Assembly (NCBI GenBank): GCA_000708835.1
Contig: DF237155.1
Location: forward strand, 62,001-126,000
Direction of reading: 5' to 3'
Length of the DNA: 64,000 nucleotides
Origin: Klebsormidium nitens
Lineage: Eukaryota > Plantae > Klebsormidiophyceae
Position 1 is the first letter of the stretch. Each line of letters begins with the position of its first letter. The notes under the pieces are model-generated. The model made no database searches and was not told the DNA's origin. It saw nothing but the letters and a program-made list of their open reading frames with translations. Positions 24,541 to 36,665 of this stretch are shown piece after piece. The translations under genes were made by a program, and so were the position numbers.

Positions 24541-25580
24541 TGCTCTTACAGCGGGTATGGGTTACCGGTGATATTGCTTGATTGGACTACCTTCCACAAA
24601 GGCTTATGTTTGTGGAAAAAACTGTCAAGTTTATTGAGAGGCCACTTCTCATCAACATGGATCAGATGTGGTGCGAATTACAATAACCCTGTCTCGATGA
24701 CTGGAAAAAAAAAATGTACTGCTGAGCTCCTCAGAAAGAGAGGGGTCCATTTACACGACCTCAACGAGTCACTGCTAACATGGGGCCCGATTATCGCCCA
24801 ATGTTGCCAGCCGGCTTCAAATCTCGAGCTGTCAAACTGAAGCATCAGAATTGGGGCTCTCCCCGCGATATTACAACCAGCCCCGTTGGGAACGCGACAG
24901 GCACTTCACGTCTCTGGCTGAAAGAAGCCGGGCATGGAACCCCAAATTCATCTGCTTTGGATGCCATGCTTTCTGCCAGGGTAGTGGCTGGCCCCTCCTC
25001 TCCTTCCACTGTTCCGATTCAGAATCCAGGGCCGCGCCATTGCCATTGGCATTGGCGTGAGGGCGCCATGATGCTGATGAATTTACCATATTACATAACC
25101 CGAATCGACGGAGTCAATTTCGAGTGCGCGTGTTTTCGCGCAAGATCGTAGCTCTCCCGGGCTCCCGGCCCCTCCACACCGTACTGCAGATTCCAGGTCA
25201 ACTTGCGCCGGTTTGTTCGCGCAGAGCCCGCGCAATATGACGATTCAAATTTCCTTCCAAGTTACCGGCACATGTCAATGTCATACTGTAAACCGCATTC
25301 CGTCAATCCGAATCTAGACTCATGATTCCGGTTGTAGCACAGGCAGGCGCAGGCTTGAGCGGAATGCAGAGATCAGCTCTTCCCTTTCAATCTGAAAACT
25401 TCAAAGTTTAGGGAGGGAGACGAGGAAGCAGGCCTGCAGCTGAGCTGTTGAGGCTCCTTGCTAATATTAGGCCTTCTCGTTGCAAGCAGGGCGTAAATAA
25501 GTCGTGCGGAAAGTTCTTGGAATTTGCACCAAAAAGCCACATCAAATCGAACATAAGCAGGGGTTGGGGAGGCAGACGCA

Positions 25581-28500
25581 ATGGCCGAGTCTTCAGGTAA
25601 GAACTGCCTCATCAATCTAGCGGACAGTGACAGTTCGCTGGCATGATGTGTTCGTAATTAGGGTTGAAGCCCCTTGCCCTCTATTGGTGGTGGCCCCGCT
25701 TCCTCCAATCATAAACTTTCTGAAACGGATGGCTTCTTTGCAGCCGCTCCTGCTAGGACCTGGGCTCAAGCTGCACAAACCAAAGAAGAGGAGGTGCCTC
25801 TGCGGACAGTTCAGATTGATGGCCTGGTAAGCCCTTCTTTGCACCCTAGGGGCACTCGTTTGGCAAAATTGAGGGGGGCACACCCTGCGCTTTATCTTAT
25901 AGCTCAGTGGGTTCAAAGTTTGCGGAGATGCAAGACTTACTCTGGAGATCCAAACTTACAATATGGTAATGGTTCGTTCCAGAGGATGGCATGCATTCTG
26001 CACGTTCATGTCCCACACACGGCGTTCTCTAAATCTCAACACCCGTAGCATCAGGCGGTGGTAATGGCCACCGGCAGAGTCGGATAGATCGAGCTATTTT
26101 GCCCAATTGTCCGGCACCCATCAAGCTGGAGGGATGTGCTCAGCCAGCTCCATTGTGGGGGAAGTCTCTGTCAACCCGGTCTCTGCTGGGAAATTGTGGT
26201 GGCGCCACACTTTTAAATCCGCGCGAGGGCGGTCGTTTTTGCTTGCAGGCACTGTTGAAGATCATCAAGCACTGCAAAGAGTTCGCGCCCAACCTCGTGA
26301 CAGGGCAGCTGCTTGGCCTGGATATTGGATCCGTGCTAGAAGTCACAAACTGTTTCCCATTCCCAGTGAGTGTGCGTCATGCCAGGTTGTGTCATAAACT
26401 TATCTGCAGTCGACTCAGGGACTGCAAACTCGCTTGAGGCATAGTTCAAGCCATCGGGGGGTCTCCTGAGAGCATCATCGAGCATTCCTTTTGATGTATT
26501 TTATGAATTGAACATAGTTCATCAGCCATTTGGTCTCTTGCGCCCGCCAATTTCGAACAGATAAATGCCGGGGGCGATAGCACAAACGCTGGTTTCGTCC
26601 CCATAAAATGCAGCTCTTATAAGCTGAAAGAGGAGATGACCTCACAATTGGTACGTAGGGCGTTCAGTGATAGGATTGAAGAAGCACTGGCTTTCTTAGC
26701 TCGCACCTTGAGTTGGAAGTGCCATCACATGTTCAGAACCACAGAGGCCCTGCATTTCATGATCAAAGAGGTGACTCACAGGTTGTTCTGAAACTCAAGC
26801 TTTTGTGCAGACGCGGAGCGAGGAAGAGGAGGACGGCGAGGACAGCGCAACGTACCAGCTGGAGATGATGCGGTCGCTGCGGGAGGTGAACGTGGACAAC
26901 AACACGGTCGGCTGGTACCAATCCACGTACATGGGGGCCTACCAGAGCGTGGAGCTCATCGACACCTTTCTGCAGTATCAGGTGGGGGTTCCCTGCGGGG
27001 CAAAGTTTGGAGGGATGGTTGGTTGATAGAACGTGCCGCTGGTCCTGCGGTCCCGAGAACGATTGAATGTTATAAAACTGATTGTAAGGAGTAAGGGAAT
27101 GGTGGAACTAGAAGCAGTGAGGAGGCCGTAAGGAAGACGATGGTTATTGTGCAACCAGAGATTCTAAGATTGGCTTGCTAAGGAAACGGATATCTGTGTG
27201 GTTAGTACCTGCGTGAAGCGGCGTGGAAGAGGAAGGACGGTGCAGGCGGAGGCTGTGGGTGTCTAGTATCTGAATGTGCGGATTTGAATCTGCAGGAGAA
27301 CATCAAGCGGTGTGTGTGCATCATCTACGACCCGCAGCGATCATCGCAGGGCGTCCTTGCTCTGAAAGCACTCAAGCTCAAGGAGCCCTTCATGGAGGCT
27401 TACAAAAACGATGCACTTACAGGGGAGGGGTGAGTTGTCGTACGAGCCCTCGGCTTCTTAAAGTAGAATGTACGTTCATGGCATCCCAATCCAGATGCAG
27501 CGTCGATCGTGCAGCATTGCGACTTGTGGTTTTGTGAAAGATGAGTTCTGATATACTTCGTCATGTGCCAGGTTGCGGCAATCGGGCATTTCATGGCCAG
27601 ACATCTTCGAGGAGATCAAGGTAAGGGCTGGTTCCCTCTTTGCGAAGTTCTACTCCCCCCCTTATTGTCAGCACCAATCTGCAGCTTGCTTCTGCAACTT
27701 CTTGATGAGTCCGAAGTTGAGAGGAACTACCGTACGACGAAGGTATGATCCCAAACAGATAAATAATCATTTTGCCTCCGGAAAATTGGAAAGTCCGGAT
27801 AAGCAGTCGGTGCTTTCTCGAACGTCAAACGGAAAGTATTCTCTGAGGCCGTATGGGTGTCTGGTACGTATCCATCTATTGGCATACGCCCAATATATAT
27901 GGGTACCGGGGTACTTCTCAACGATCAGAATTCGGGTCGAAAAATGGAAAATAATACATGATCTGGGCTCCCATGTGCTGAAATGATTGCTTTAGTTGAA
28001 CCATACCTTGGTCGTATGGTACTAGAGGGCTCTACAGCCTTCACTAAAAAAGGTTGCGACTGTCTATCGGGCAAGCTTGCTTAGTAGGAATATCAGTTTC
28101 CTTCATTGCCGAGCCTGTATGTCCGGTCCTTCAATGTCGCGCCCCTTGATTTCCATCATCTCCCTTGGCAGGTGTCGGTCCACAACTCTGCTTTGGTCGG
28201 CGCGATGGTGACCGACATCCAACCAGAGGCTCCTGTCACACACGTAAGTCTTGTCGTGCCCTGCAAGGAGGAGGTATAGGTTGTGCTCACTCGAGTCGTG
28301 CTTGACGAGTGAGTGGCATAGGTGTCAAAGCTCACCAGATCTGATGAATGAGGAGGCAGATTGGCGAGTTGGCGGTGCCTGTTGTCGATTGGACGTCAGT
28401 GGAGTGTCCCTTGCGCCTGACGGCGCCATGATTGATGCAGGCGGACTTTGACCGGTTGAGCCTGTCCAGTGCCCCTTTCTTGGAGAAGAACCTCGAGTTT

Positions 28501-30012
28501 TTGATTCAGTGCATGGACGATTTGGGCCAGGAACAACAAAAGGTGAGCGCCTTTCCATACCACCTCTGCCGGTAATGTTACGTCCCATCGGTCCTTTTTT
28601 CCTCGGTCAGTGCGACTCGCGGTTGATCCTGAAAGCAGCATTTCCAGCAGGGCATCCAGAGCATCTAGTCCTGAAGAGAATATTGGAACAAGATATGTGG
28701 TACTGAGAAATGAGCCAACCCTGGCTAATGGTTGCCCTCGCTGCAAGCTTCATTCGTCATCTGGTTTCCGGATACTGCAAATATGCCCTTTCGTCAGGTT
28801 TTTCGACTCAGATCTGTTAGGAGTCCCCATTGAATCGTCAGTCAGGGCCCCAAATGGTTCGACCTGATTGACGCTATGGGCGGTGAAAGATGGATGTAAG
28901 CCTTCCGCTTCTCCTCTGAAGGACGCTTTCTGTTGCCCCTGTAAACTAGAGGGAGAACCATAAACGCCTTTTCCTACTGCAGGTTGGCAGTCAGTTTGTG
29001 ATGTCTCCTTGCGCAGAAGCTTCACTTCTTCTGGTTCACGCTTCTGACGTGGCTCCTTGCGTATTATGCAGCAACAATACTACTATCGGGCAGTAACTAG
29101 GCAAGAAGCGCAAAAGGGAGCGTGGCTGCTAAAACGACGGTAAGTGAAAGCGTGTGCTGGGATTGCTCTGTGTCAAACTCCGACCCATCTGCCAGAACCG
29201 GTAACCATGAGCCAATATCTGGTTTGCAAGTCCAGACAGTTGATGTCTGTTGGGTTACAGGAAGTCCGAAGGCTTCCCATGAAAAGCGGGTGCAGTTACC
29301 ATGGACTGGGACGTTGGCCCAAACATAGCCTCACTCTATTTCTCGAAGCTTTTTCCTTCTCCAAAAATTGGCGCGTCTTCAAAATAGGGCGCCTAAACCT
29401 TTAGCCAACGGTTTGCTGATGTGCGTTTGTACCGTCTCTCCAGAGCGGAGAACGCTGCTCGGAAAGCTGCCGGGGAGGAGCCTCTGCCCGAGGAGGACTC
29501 GGCGAACCCCGCTTTCAAGCCCATCCCCGAGCCAAGCAGGCTGGACGGGTTCTTGATCACGAATCAGATCAGCAACTACTGCGGACAAGTCAACGGGTGA
29601 GCTTGGCTGCCGTGATCTGGATTACCATCTTGACTTCGTTTAGCTTGTTGGGTTGATTCATACTGGACTGGCTTAGGTGCTGATAGAGCCGTATTCAGGA
29701 AGCTGGCAGAAGTGGAATCTGGCAGAGGCGAAATATAAGCAGTTGGAAGTAGCATTGAGCAAGGGTTCTGTTCCAGTAATGCTTTGGAGCTGAAGATTAG
29801 GTGCGCATAGAAGTCTGCATAATTGCTTTTGGCTTCCAACCGAGGAGCCTTCTCATGGGTCTTCGGCCTTCGTCTGCTCTCAGCCAGGCAGAGAGCATGT
29901 TTTGGGAGCTACGTTTCACTTCTCATCTACCTTTGTTCTTTCCTTGTGCAGGTTCGGAGGGCAAAGCTTAAGCAAGATGTATGTTATGGACGCTGTACAT
30001 GAGGAGCACTGA
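25581..30012 (+). CDS. eIF3h: Eukaryotic translation initiation factor 3 subunit H (MPN domain)
   Basis: Multi-exon. [14 protein letters not shown]...[126 protein letters not shown]. Stop TGA at 30010-30012. Confidence 0.96.
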
Positions 30013-30802
30013 CGGGCAAACAACACTTTTCCGTTATTTTTCCGCGCATTGTTTGATCCGATTGATGCAGTCACCACCTTTTCGCATATTCAAAGTACAA
30101 CTCTTGTCTCTGGCAAGCAAGAGCTGGGTTGGTAATTCTGAACAATGCCGCCTGCTGTTCAGGGGCCGTGTGCGCATGTTATTACCGCGCACACTGTGAG
30201 CAAGTCTGACGGTTTGCAATTGCTGCTGTCCTGTATTTGAGGTGTTTGTTAGTAGTCAAGCGGTGAATTATCCTTCTTGCATGCTGCTATCCCCCCTTGC
30301 AAATGGCAGGTTGAGTTGAAAACCTGAGATTTGTTGAATCGCGCATGCCATCTGCTGCAATTCCAGGCGACTGGTGCGAGCGGGTCCATAGCTGCCTATG
30401 CTGAAAGTACTCTTGGGTGGCCTCAAAGTGGGCGTAGGCCATGCATGGACACCCCAAGGCCATTTTCGGTGATGGGGGCCCAAACTGGCCGAAGTTGCAA
30501 TCTGGTCCGTTGAAAAAAGACCCGGATGCACGGAGTGTGCATTTCCGGAGCTTTGAAATCGGACGCCCACTTGCAGTCGGCGGTGCAACATATCCATGGG
30601 CCAAAGCCTGCGCTGATGCTCATGATGCTATCTGCCACCGGCCTGCAGCATGATGCCGCCTTCAAGGCCAATCGATAATCTGTGTACGTACTTCAGCTAC
30701 AGTAGTAGCGTTGACACCCACACACCCACCCACGCCCTAGCTAGCGCAACGTTATCCGTTTGCCCTGCAGCTACAGCCATTCGCCTGGCCATGGGCGCTG
30801 TG

Positions 30803-31056
30803 CACGTGACCGCAAATTCTATACAAAGAAGGAAGAAATTCCACGAGGCACAAGTATCTACTGCTGCAGGGCGCGTCCGACGCCTAGTTGACCTTTTAAA
30901 GAGGATGCAATTACCGTTGTAGGTAGGCTGCAAGTTGCAATTACATTAAGAGCGGCACCAGCTGGGCTGCGTATCCTGAGAAGACCTCATCGATTGGCTC
31001 CGTAGTTCACGTGTTTCAACGCACCAATCACAAGCTGTCGCACTCAGTGACACGTG
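30803..31056 (+). promoter_or_regulatory. Cluster of G-box/ABRE-like CACGTG motifs upstream of the dehydrin-like gene
   Basis: CACGTG at 30803, 31008 and 31051, CCAAT at ~31024, and a further TGACGTGT immediately before the ATG (~31498). Function is inferred, not shown. Confidence 0.4.
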
Positions 31057-31511
31057 GACCACGAGGGGCGCATTCACTATACCCATGTCATATGCCGGCG
31101 CCGACTGCCACCTGCATGCAGCTCCTTGGACACTTGGCACAGCCTCAGGCAGCTGCTCTCGGGCCGCGGCGCAATGGGGGCCACTTTTCTGACCTCAGCG
31201 GCACTCCGCACCCTGAACAAGCTGCCCTGGAGGGTGATCGTCCTGCATTTCCAAATTCCAGCTGGAACATCCGCAATGCTGAAGACAGCAAGTACGACCT
31301 TAAACTTACAAGCTGGAGATAAACGTTTGCTGAAAGGGTCAACGAAGCAAGCCAGCTGCTCGCAGGTCATCAACAAGCTTCTATCGTGGAGCTGCGTCTT
31401 GATCCGATTGACAGGGACCCCGCTAGTGTGCTACTCTCTACGCCGACGCGACAGCTTTTGCAATATTGCAAAGAGCCGCCTGCAACACCATTTTGGCTGA
31501 CGTGTTTAAAG

Positions 31512-32531
31512 ATGGACAAGATCAAGCAGGTCATTGGAAAGAAGCCTCATGGGTCCGACCCAACTGGTAAGGCAACACTGTACTTACGCTGTTCACTGCC
31601 ATTATCTGCTTGGGGAATCACAATACGTGTCTTGTGTTGTCTACTAACCCTGTGCTTTCAGGAGTGTACCCTGGAGTCAAAGATTCTGACCAAGTATCTT
31701 TCGGGCCTGAAGTAAAAGAACATAGGCCCTAACGATTTGGAATGCAGTCTGAGTCCGTCGAGAAATGATTAAAGCAAGGAATGTAACGCCTTTAGGAGGG
31801 ACTGATGTCTACAGTAGTAAAGGGAAATTTTAGCATCGCTTCCTTCTATTGATGCAGATCGGACTATCTTGAAAAGCAACTCTGAAGCTATTCAAAAGAT
31901 GCAGTCCACAAAGCACTTTCAAGATGCGCGCATTTCCATTATTTGGTCGTGGTTGCTTTCTTAAAGCAGATTGGTCCCGAGGTGGCTTCCTTCTTGTCTC
32001 TTTCATACTGATACATGTTGCTTCTTAAGTCAGTTCCTTGCTTTGCAAATGGAGATGTTATTTCCGTCTCCTGAATCCATTCCTCCGACGTCGAGTCTCT
32101 GAGCGTCGTTGATACGCTCACCTGACTATTTCCCCCCGCTCTCATCAGTTGCTGAGGGAACCCCCCAGGACAACCCATACACTGACGTGAACAACGACGG
32201 CAGCGGCGGCGGCGGCCTCATCTCCAAGATGAAGCACGCTGTGAAGGGGCACCAACATGGCACACCGGAGTCTCAGGTCAATAACGAGATGGCCACCGGG
32301 GGTGCGGCCACAGCAAACACCGGCGGGTTTGGGCTGCAGGACAAGGGGGTTAAGGAGGGGTCGATGGGGGAGGGAATGGGTTACATGGGGGGAATGGGTC
32401 AAGGGGGAACTCCTGGGGCAATGGGGGAGGGTATGGGGCAGCCGCATAGCGGTATGGCGACTGGGCTGGAGCAGGGGTCAATGGGTGCGGGGGCGGGAAG
32501 ACAGGGGGGGATGGGGACCGACTCGTACTGA
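31512..32531 (+). CDS. Hydrophilic Gly/Met-rich dehydrin/LEA-like protein, 145 aa
   Basis: Exon 31512-31566 (MDKIKQVIGKKPHGSDPT, donor GTAAGG, phase 1) joins exon 32149-32531 (acceptor CATCAG). K-segment-like MDKIKQVIGKK and GLISKMKHAVKG, GM-rich tail, no Cys or Trp. Confidence 0.7.
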
Positions 32532-33861
32532 TTATGTGGCTGATGACCAGTCTAGTGCCAGCGTCAAATTTTGGGCACTTTTGCAAGTAGCACAGAGCAT
32601 GGACGTTTACCAGATGCCAGTGTCAAAGTCTGATGGGCGTTTTTTTGAGTTAGCACAGATGGTGGACGTTGACATTTGCCTCAAAATTTTTTAAAGTATC
32701 AAGTTCAGTAGCAGCTAAAGACGCCAGCGTGTGCCTGCAGCTGACTCAATCTCGGGGTGAGCCGAAGTGGCTACTAGACCTTGTTAGATTGGGAGGACAG
32801 ATGTTCATTGCTGCCATCAGATGTCGGCTAAGTCTGTTTATAATAATATGAGCAGTAAACGCAGTTTCTCCATTCCGCATCAGCCTACTGTGGTTACTTG
32901 TGATATGTATCACAGCAGATTGAATCGATTCATGAGATTGTCTATGATCACATACAGAGAGAGTTGACTATAATGCTTTCCGTCAGTTCTGAGGAGCTGA
33001 CGGGAGTCGTTCTATGTTACGTGCCACGTCATCTGGTAATGGCCGAACCGCTACTCTCATTTTGCAAAGGCTTCATGTTGAAACATACATCTGTTTAAGT
33101 AACTTGGTAGGTGCATCACAACGACTCAACACAGGTTGGCTTCATGTCATCCATGCGTCGATCCGTAAACGTCCGAACATCGTTAATTACTGGCAACTGG
33201 ACGAGGTGTATAAATTGATGGATACTTCAACAGTACAAACGGCAAAGAACGAGAAGACTTCGCATCGGTAGATTCGCTATTTGCGACAAGATCAGTGTGC
33301 AAACACATGTGGGATACACGGAGACGCGGCCCCACAGGTTGGTGTATGGGATAAGAATTCCCACTCCAGTACGTTACAGTCGGCGGCGCCCTTAAAGTCC
33401 CGCTTTGTCAAAGTTAAAACACCTCGTCGTGAGACGACCGTCACGGTAAAAGACGGAACAGGTGCAGCAGAAGCGTGGCCGACCTACACACGACGGCACC
33501 TCTTGTTAAGTGCAGACGGTCAATAATTGTGCGAAGACACGCTGGCAATAGAGCGGTTTGGCGAACTCATTGCTTAGATCGAAGGCTGTCATCCTGAAAA
33601 GGAAATATCTATGTCACGAGATCTCTAACGGAAGCACTCACGTCATTTCTAGCATAGCTACACCGTGCAAGGAGGCAGCGCTTTAAAAGATGGCAACCGC
33701 GTTCCCTGGCCCTGAAAGATTTCTAAGAAGCCTTTTAACGAACGCCATCTCCTACCGTACAGCCTATTTCTCCAAAGGCCTTACGTTTTCCAAGGGCCCA
33801 ACCTATAACAATTTCGACAGTCTTTATGCCAGATACTGTCCTCTGATCGCTTCTCAGCAAA

Positions 33862-34884
33862 CTAGGTGATGGCTTCACCGTTCACGTCCTTCAGTTCCGG
33901 CCGACTCTCCGATTCTGTCTTCCGCTCCCTGTAAGCAAGGTACAGCGCGGTCGCGGCCGCAGGTCCCAACGCGGCGGCGCCAGCCAGCGTGCAAAGGGCC
34001 GCCAGCGGCCCGTCCTCAAGCAAAGCCAAGTATGCGAAGCACAGGAACAGCCCCATGGTATCCAAGAGTACGTACAGCACCACCGCATCCGAGGCGCTTT
34101 CTGCCGTCACCACGGCAACGAACTGAGCGCGGGCCGAAGGATTGCTGACGAGAACGAGGCAGCTGAAGATGCGCCAGAACACGCCCAACGTGGCAGCGAC
34201 CAAGAAGCATAAGAGGACGACGTAGTTGAGATGGCGAGCTTCGTTCCCTTGTCCTTCTTTCGAAGCCGCTTCCGGATCGTGGGAACAGCAGAGGGCTTGC
34301 GCGAGAATGGGAACCATAAGCGGGAAGAGCGTCCCGGCTAGGAAAAGCGCCCAATGACTGTCTTCGGCGACCAGAAACGGGCCCAGCAAGCCGACGAGAG
34401 CGGAGAGCACGGCCGTGACGGTCGCCGCGTCGTCGCGCGTTAGCCGCGCCGGCGCCCTCGCGGCCGCGCTGAAGCGGCCGCGCGCGCCATCTGGGAAGTG
34501 GGCCGGCAGCCAGAGCAGCGAGAACGAACCGGAGGCGCCCAGAAAGGGCGTCAGGCCGAGTGCCACAATCTGGCCCGTTGCGTGCGCGCGCATTGATTCT
34601 CTGACAGTTGACAGGAGGTAGATGCTGACCAGGCAGAGAAAGTCCCCTAAGACGAGCAACCCAACTGAGCCGTTGAACAGGGCGCTGAAAATTGCATTTT
34701 GTGCGCAGAAGCCCGCGCGCAGAAGTGTCTCCAGCCTGGGAAGACTAGTAAGTTTCCACTCAGAGGCGCCACAGCTCTCGAGCAGGACGCGCGAGAAGGT
34801 GATGAGAAGATGAAGGAAGAGCGACGCGCCCAAAATCGCAGGGGGCGTACACGCGAGCATCTGGCGGCGGGTCAGGGGAGCCAT
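33862..34884 (-). CDS. Intronless multi-pass membrane protein, paralog 1 (340 aa; PaxA/AscF- or DUF2834/DUF1475-like)
   Basis: Uninterrupted ORF. The start MAPLTRRQ (ATG at 34884) matches the starts of paralogs 2 and 3. C-terminal motif LLD..GL..CFAYLALLEDG...LGPAAATALYLAYRER. Confidence 0.85.
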   Translation of the reverse strand: MAPLTRRQMLACTPPAILGASLFLHLLITFSRVLLESCGASEWKLTSLPRLETLLRAGFCAQNAIFSALFNGSVGLLVLGDFLCLVSIYLLSTVRESMRAHATGQIVALGLTPFLGASGSFSLLWLPAHFPDGARGRFSAAARAPARLTRDDAATVTAVLSALVGLLGPFLVAEDSHWALFLAGTLFPLMVPILAQALCCSHDPEAASKEGQGNEARHLNYVVLLCFLVAATLGVFWRIFSCLVLVSNPSARAQFVAVVTAESASDAVVLYVLLDTMGLFLCFAYLALLEDGPLAALCTLAGAAALGPAAATALYLAYRERKTESESRPELKDVNGEAIT

Positions 34885-35438
34885 TGCGGACAAAATAACT
34901 GGTCTCTTCCGTTGATATGCTTTGCGATGGGAAAACAACACGCAACGCTCTGAGAGGCAGAGGCAGTCGAGTAGAGTGGATTCTCGCAGGACACTCTTTT
35001 GTGTGCGGTTTTTAGTAAGCAGTGTGGGTATGACGGAGGGATTGTCGGCGATGCATGATGCCCGATATCCTGAAGCCGAGATCATCGAGACAGCTAGATT
35101 GAAGGTACAGTGATTGGAAGTAAACTACCCTGTAGTGTCAACTACAGACTCATGATCAAGTTCGACGTTGTCGGCAGCTGTCACTTGGGGCCTACATGCT
35201 AGACACCTGGCACCTCGCCACAGACTCACGGGCTGTTGCCGAAGGAAGGTCGTGCTATACTACTTGGCACGTTTCAACCGGTTAGGCGCACTGTGGTGGT
35301 CAGCGGATGCCTCGACTCCACTCATGGACTGCGCTGAGGCTGCCATAGGGCACTAGTCAAAAGTCCGGCTAGCTTTGAAACACGTTCGGTCGGACTATCA
35401 CAAGGGCTGCTGACACATACTGCGACTCTCCGTTCGCC

Positions 35439-36665
35439 ATGGCGCCCCCGACCCGCCGCCAGCTGCCGGCTTGCGCGCCGCCAGTCTTTCTTGGTGCCGC
35501 CCTCATCTTGTTTCGCGCAGCCGTCTCTCTGCTCCTTTTCCGGGCGTGCGGCGGTTCCCTTGCTCCCGTCACGACTCCGAGTGACCTGCGCCGCCTGATT
35601 GGCGTCGTCGACTGCACCCAAGCGACGGTTTCCGCGACCCTTGCCGACAGTCCAGTCCCGCTGCTCGTCTTCCTGGAGGTTCTGTTTCTCGAGGGTGTGT
35701 ACCTGCTGTGGAGCGCCCAAGAGGGGCTGAGAAGCCGGTCTTTCTTTCCTTTTGCGTCAGTTCTGCTGCTGCCACTTGTTGGCCCGTGTGGCGCTCTCGC
35801 TGCGTTTTCCTGCCTCACTATATCCTCAACGGCGGTCGTGTTCCGGTCCTGACGGCCGCAAGTAAGCGGGCGCTCACGCTTCCTGAGCTCACCAATGGGG
35901 ATGCATTTCTAGCCGCGGTTGTGCCCGTCGTGTTCGCGGTGTGTCTAGGCCCTCTTGTGCTCCCCAAAGAGAGTGTCTGGGCGCTTCTTGCTGCGGCGGC
36001 CCTGTTTCCGGTCATCATCACTCTCCTGTGGCGCCCTCTGCGCGTCTGCGGCGCGCGAAAGCCGCCCCCGCCAAACCCTCAAAAGATGCCCACGCTCGAG
36101 CGCTGCCTCCTTCTACAGATGACGGCACAGTTTAGGAATAGTAAGCCGTAGGAATAGTAAGCTCAAACCAAACACTAAAAACCTAACCTATAAAAACTAC
36201 CCGCTTCGCACCCCTACCCACCCTAACCCCCAAACTAACCCTACCCGTCCCAGGCTGGTGAGCTTACTATTCTTAAAGCTTACTATTCCTAAACTGTGTC
36301 GGGAGCTTCTACAGTTCGTGACGCTAGCTGCCGCAGGTCTCGCCTGGCGCGTCTTCGGTTACTTGGTCATCGCCAGCGATCCGACGGTCCGGAACAGCTT
36401 CTTTGCTCTGCTTTCAAAGGGAGATTTCATTGCAATTACTCCTGATATGCTCGCGCACTACTTTCTGCTCGAAGCGCTCGGGCTGTCGCTGTCCTTCGCG
36501 TATTTTGCTTTGCTCGAAGACGGTGCGCGGGCGGCTCTCGGCGTCCTGGGCGGAGCGCTCGCGCTGGGACCCGCGCCGGCTGTGGCGCTGTATCTGGCTT
36601 CCCGAGAGCGCCGAATTCACGCTGCTGTGGAGAAGGAGCAAGGCGCAGCCGAAAGTGTACACTAG
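35439..36665 (+). pseudogene. Membrane protein paralog 2, disrupted by a 1-nt frameshift and a MITE insertion
   Basis: Starts MAPPTRRQL. The frame changes at the T4 run 35805-35808 (AAF->LPHY). A 187-bp insertion lies at 36119-36305. Ends ...FAYFALLEDG...LGPAPAVALYLASRERR. Confidence 0.85.
36119..36305. mobile_element. Non-autonomous TIR element (MITE, Mutator-like) with a 9-bp TSD
   Basis: TSD CTTCTACAG at 36110-36118 and 36306-36314. A ~40-bp inverted repeat (CACAGTTTAGGAATAGTAAGC..TA(G/A)GAATAGTAAGCTCA, 3 mismatches) starts 7 nt inside each end. Removing the element and one TSD restores RCLLLQ|FVTLAAAGLAWRVF in frame. Confidence 0.9.

Noticed and set aside
27573-27986. 137-aa ORF inside eIF3h
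   Set aside because: Only [16 protein letters not shown] is exonic (donor GTAAGG); the rest is intron read-through.
33862-35085. 67-aa N-terminal extension on membrane paralog 1
   Set aside because: The paralogs begin at MAPxTRRQ, and the ATG at 34884 gives the matching start.
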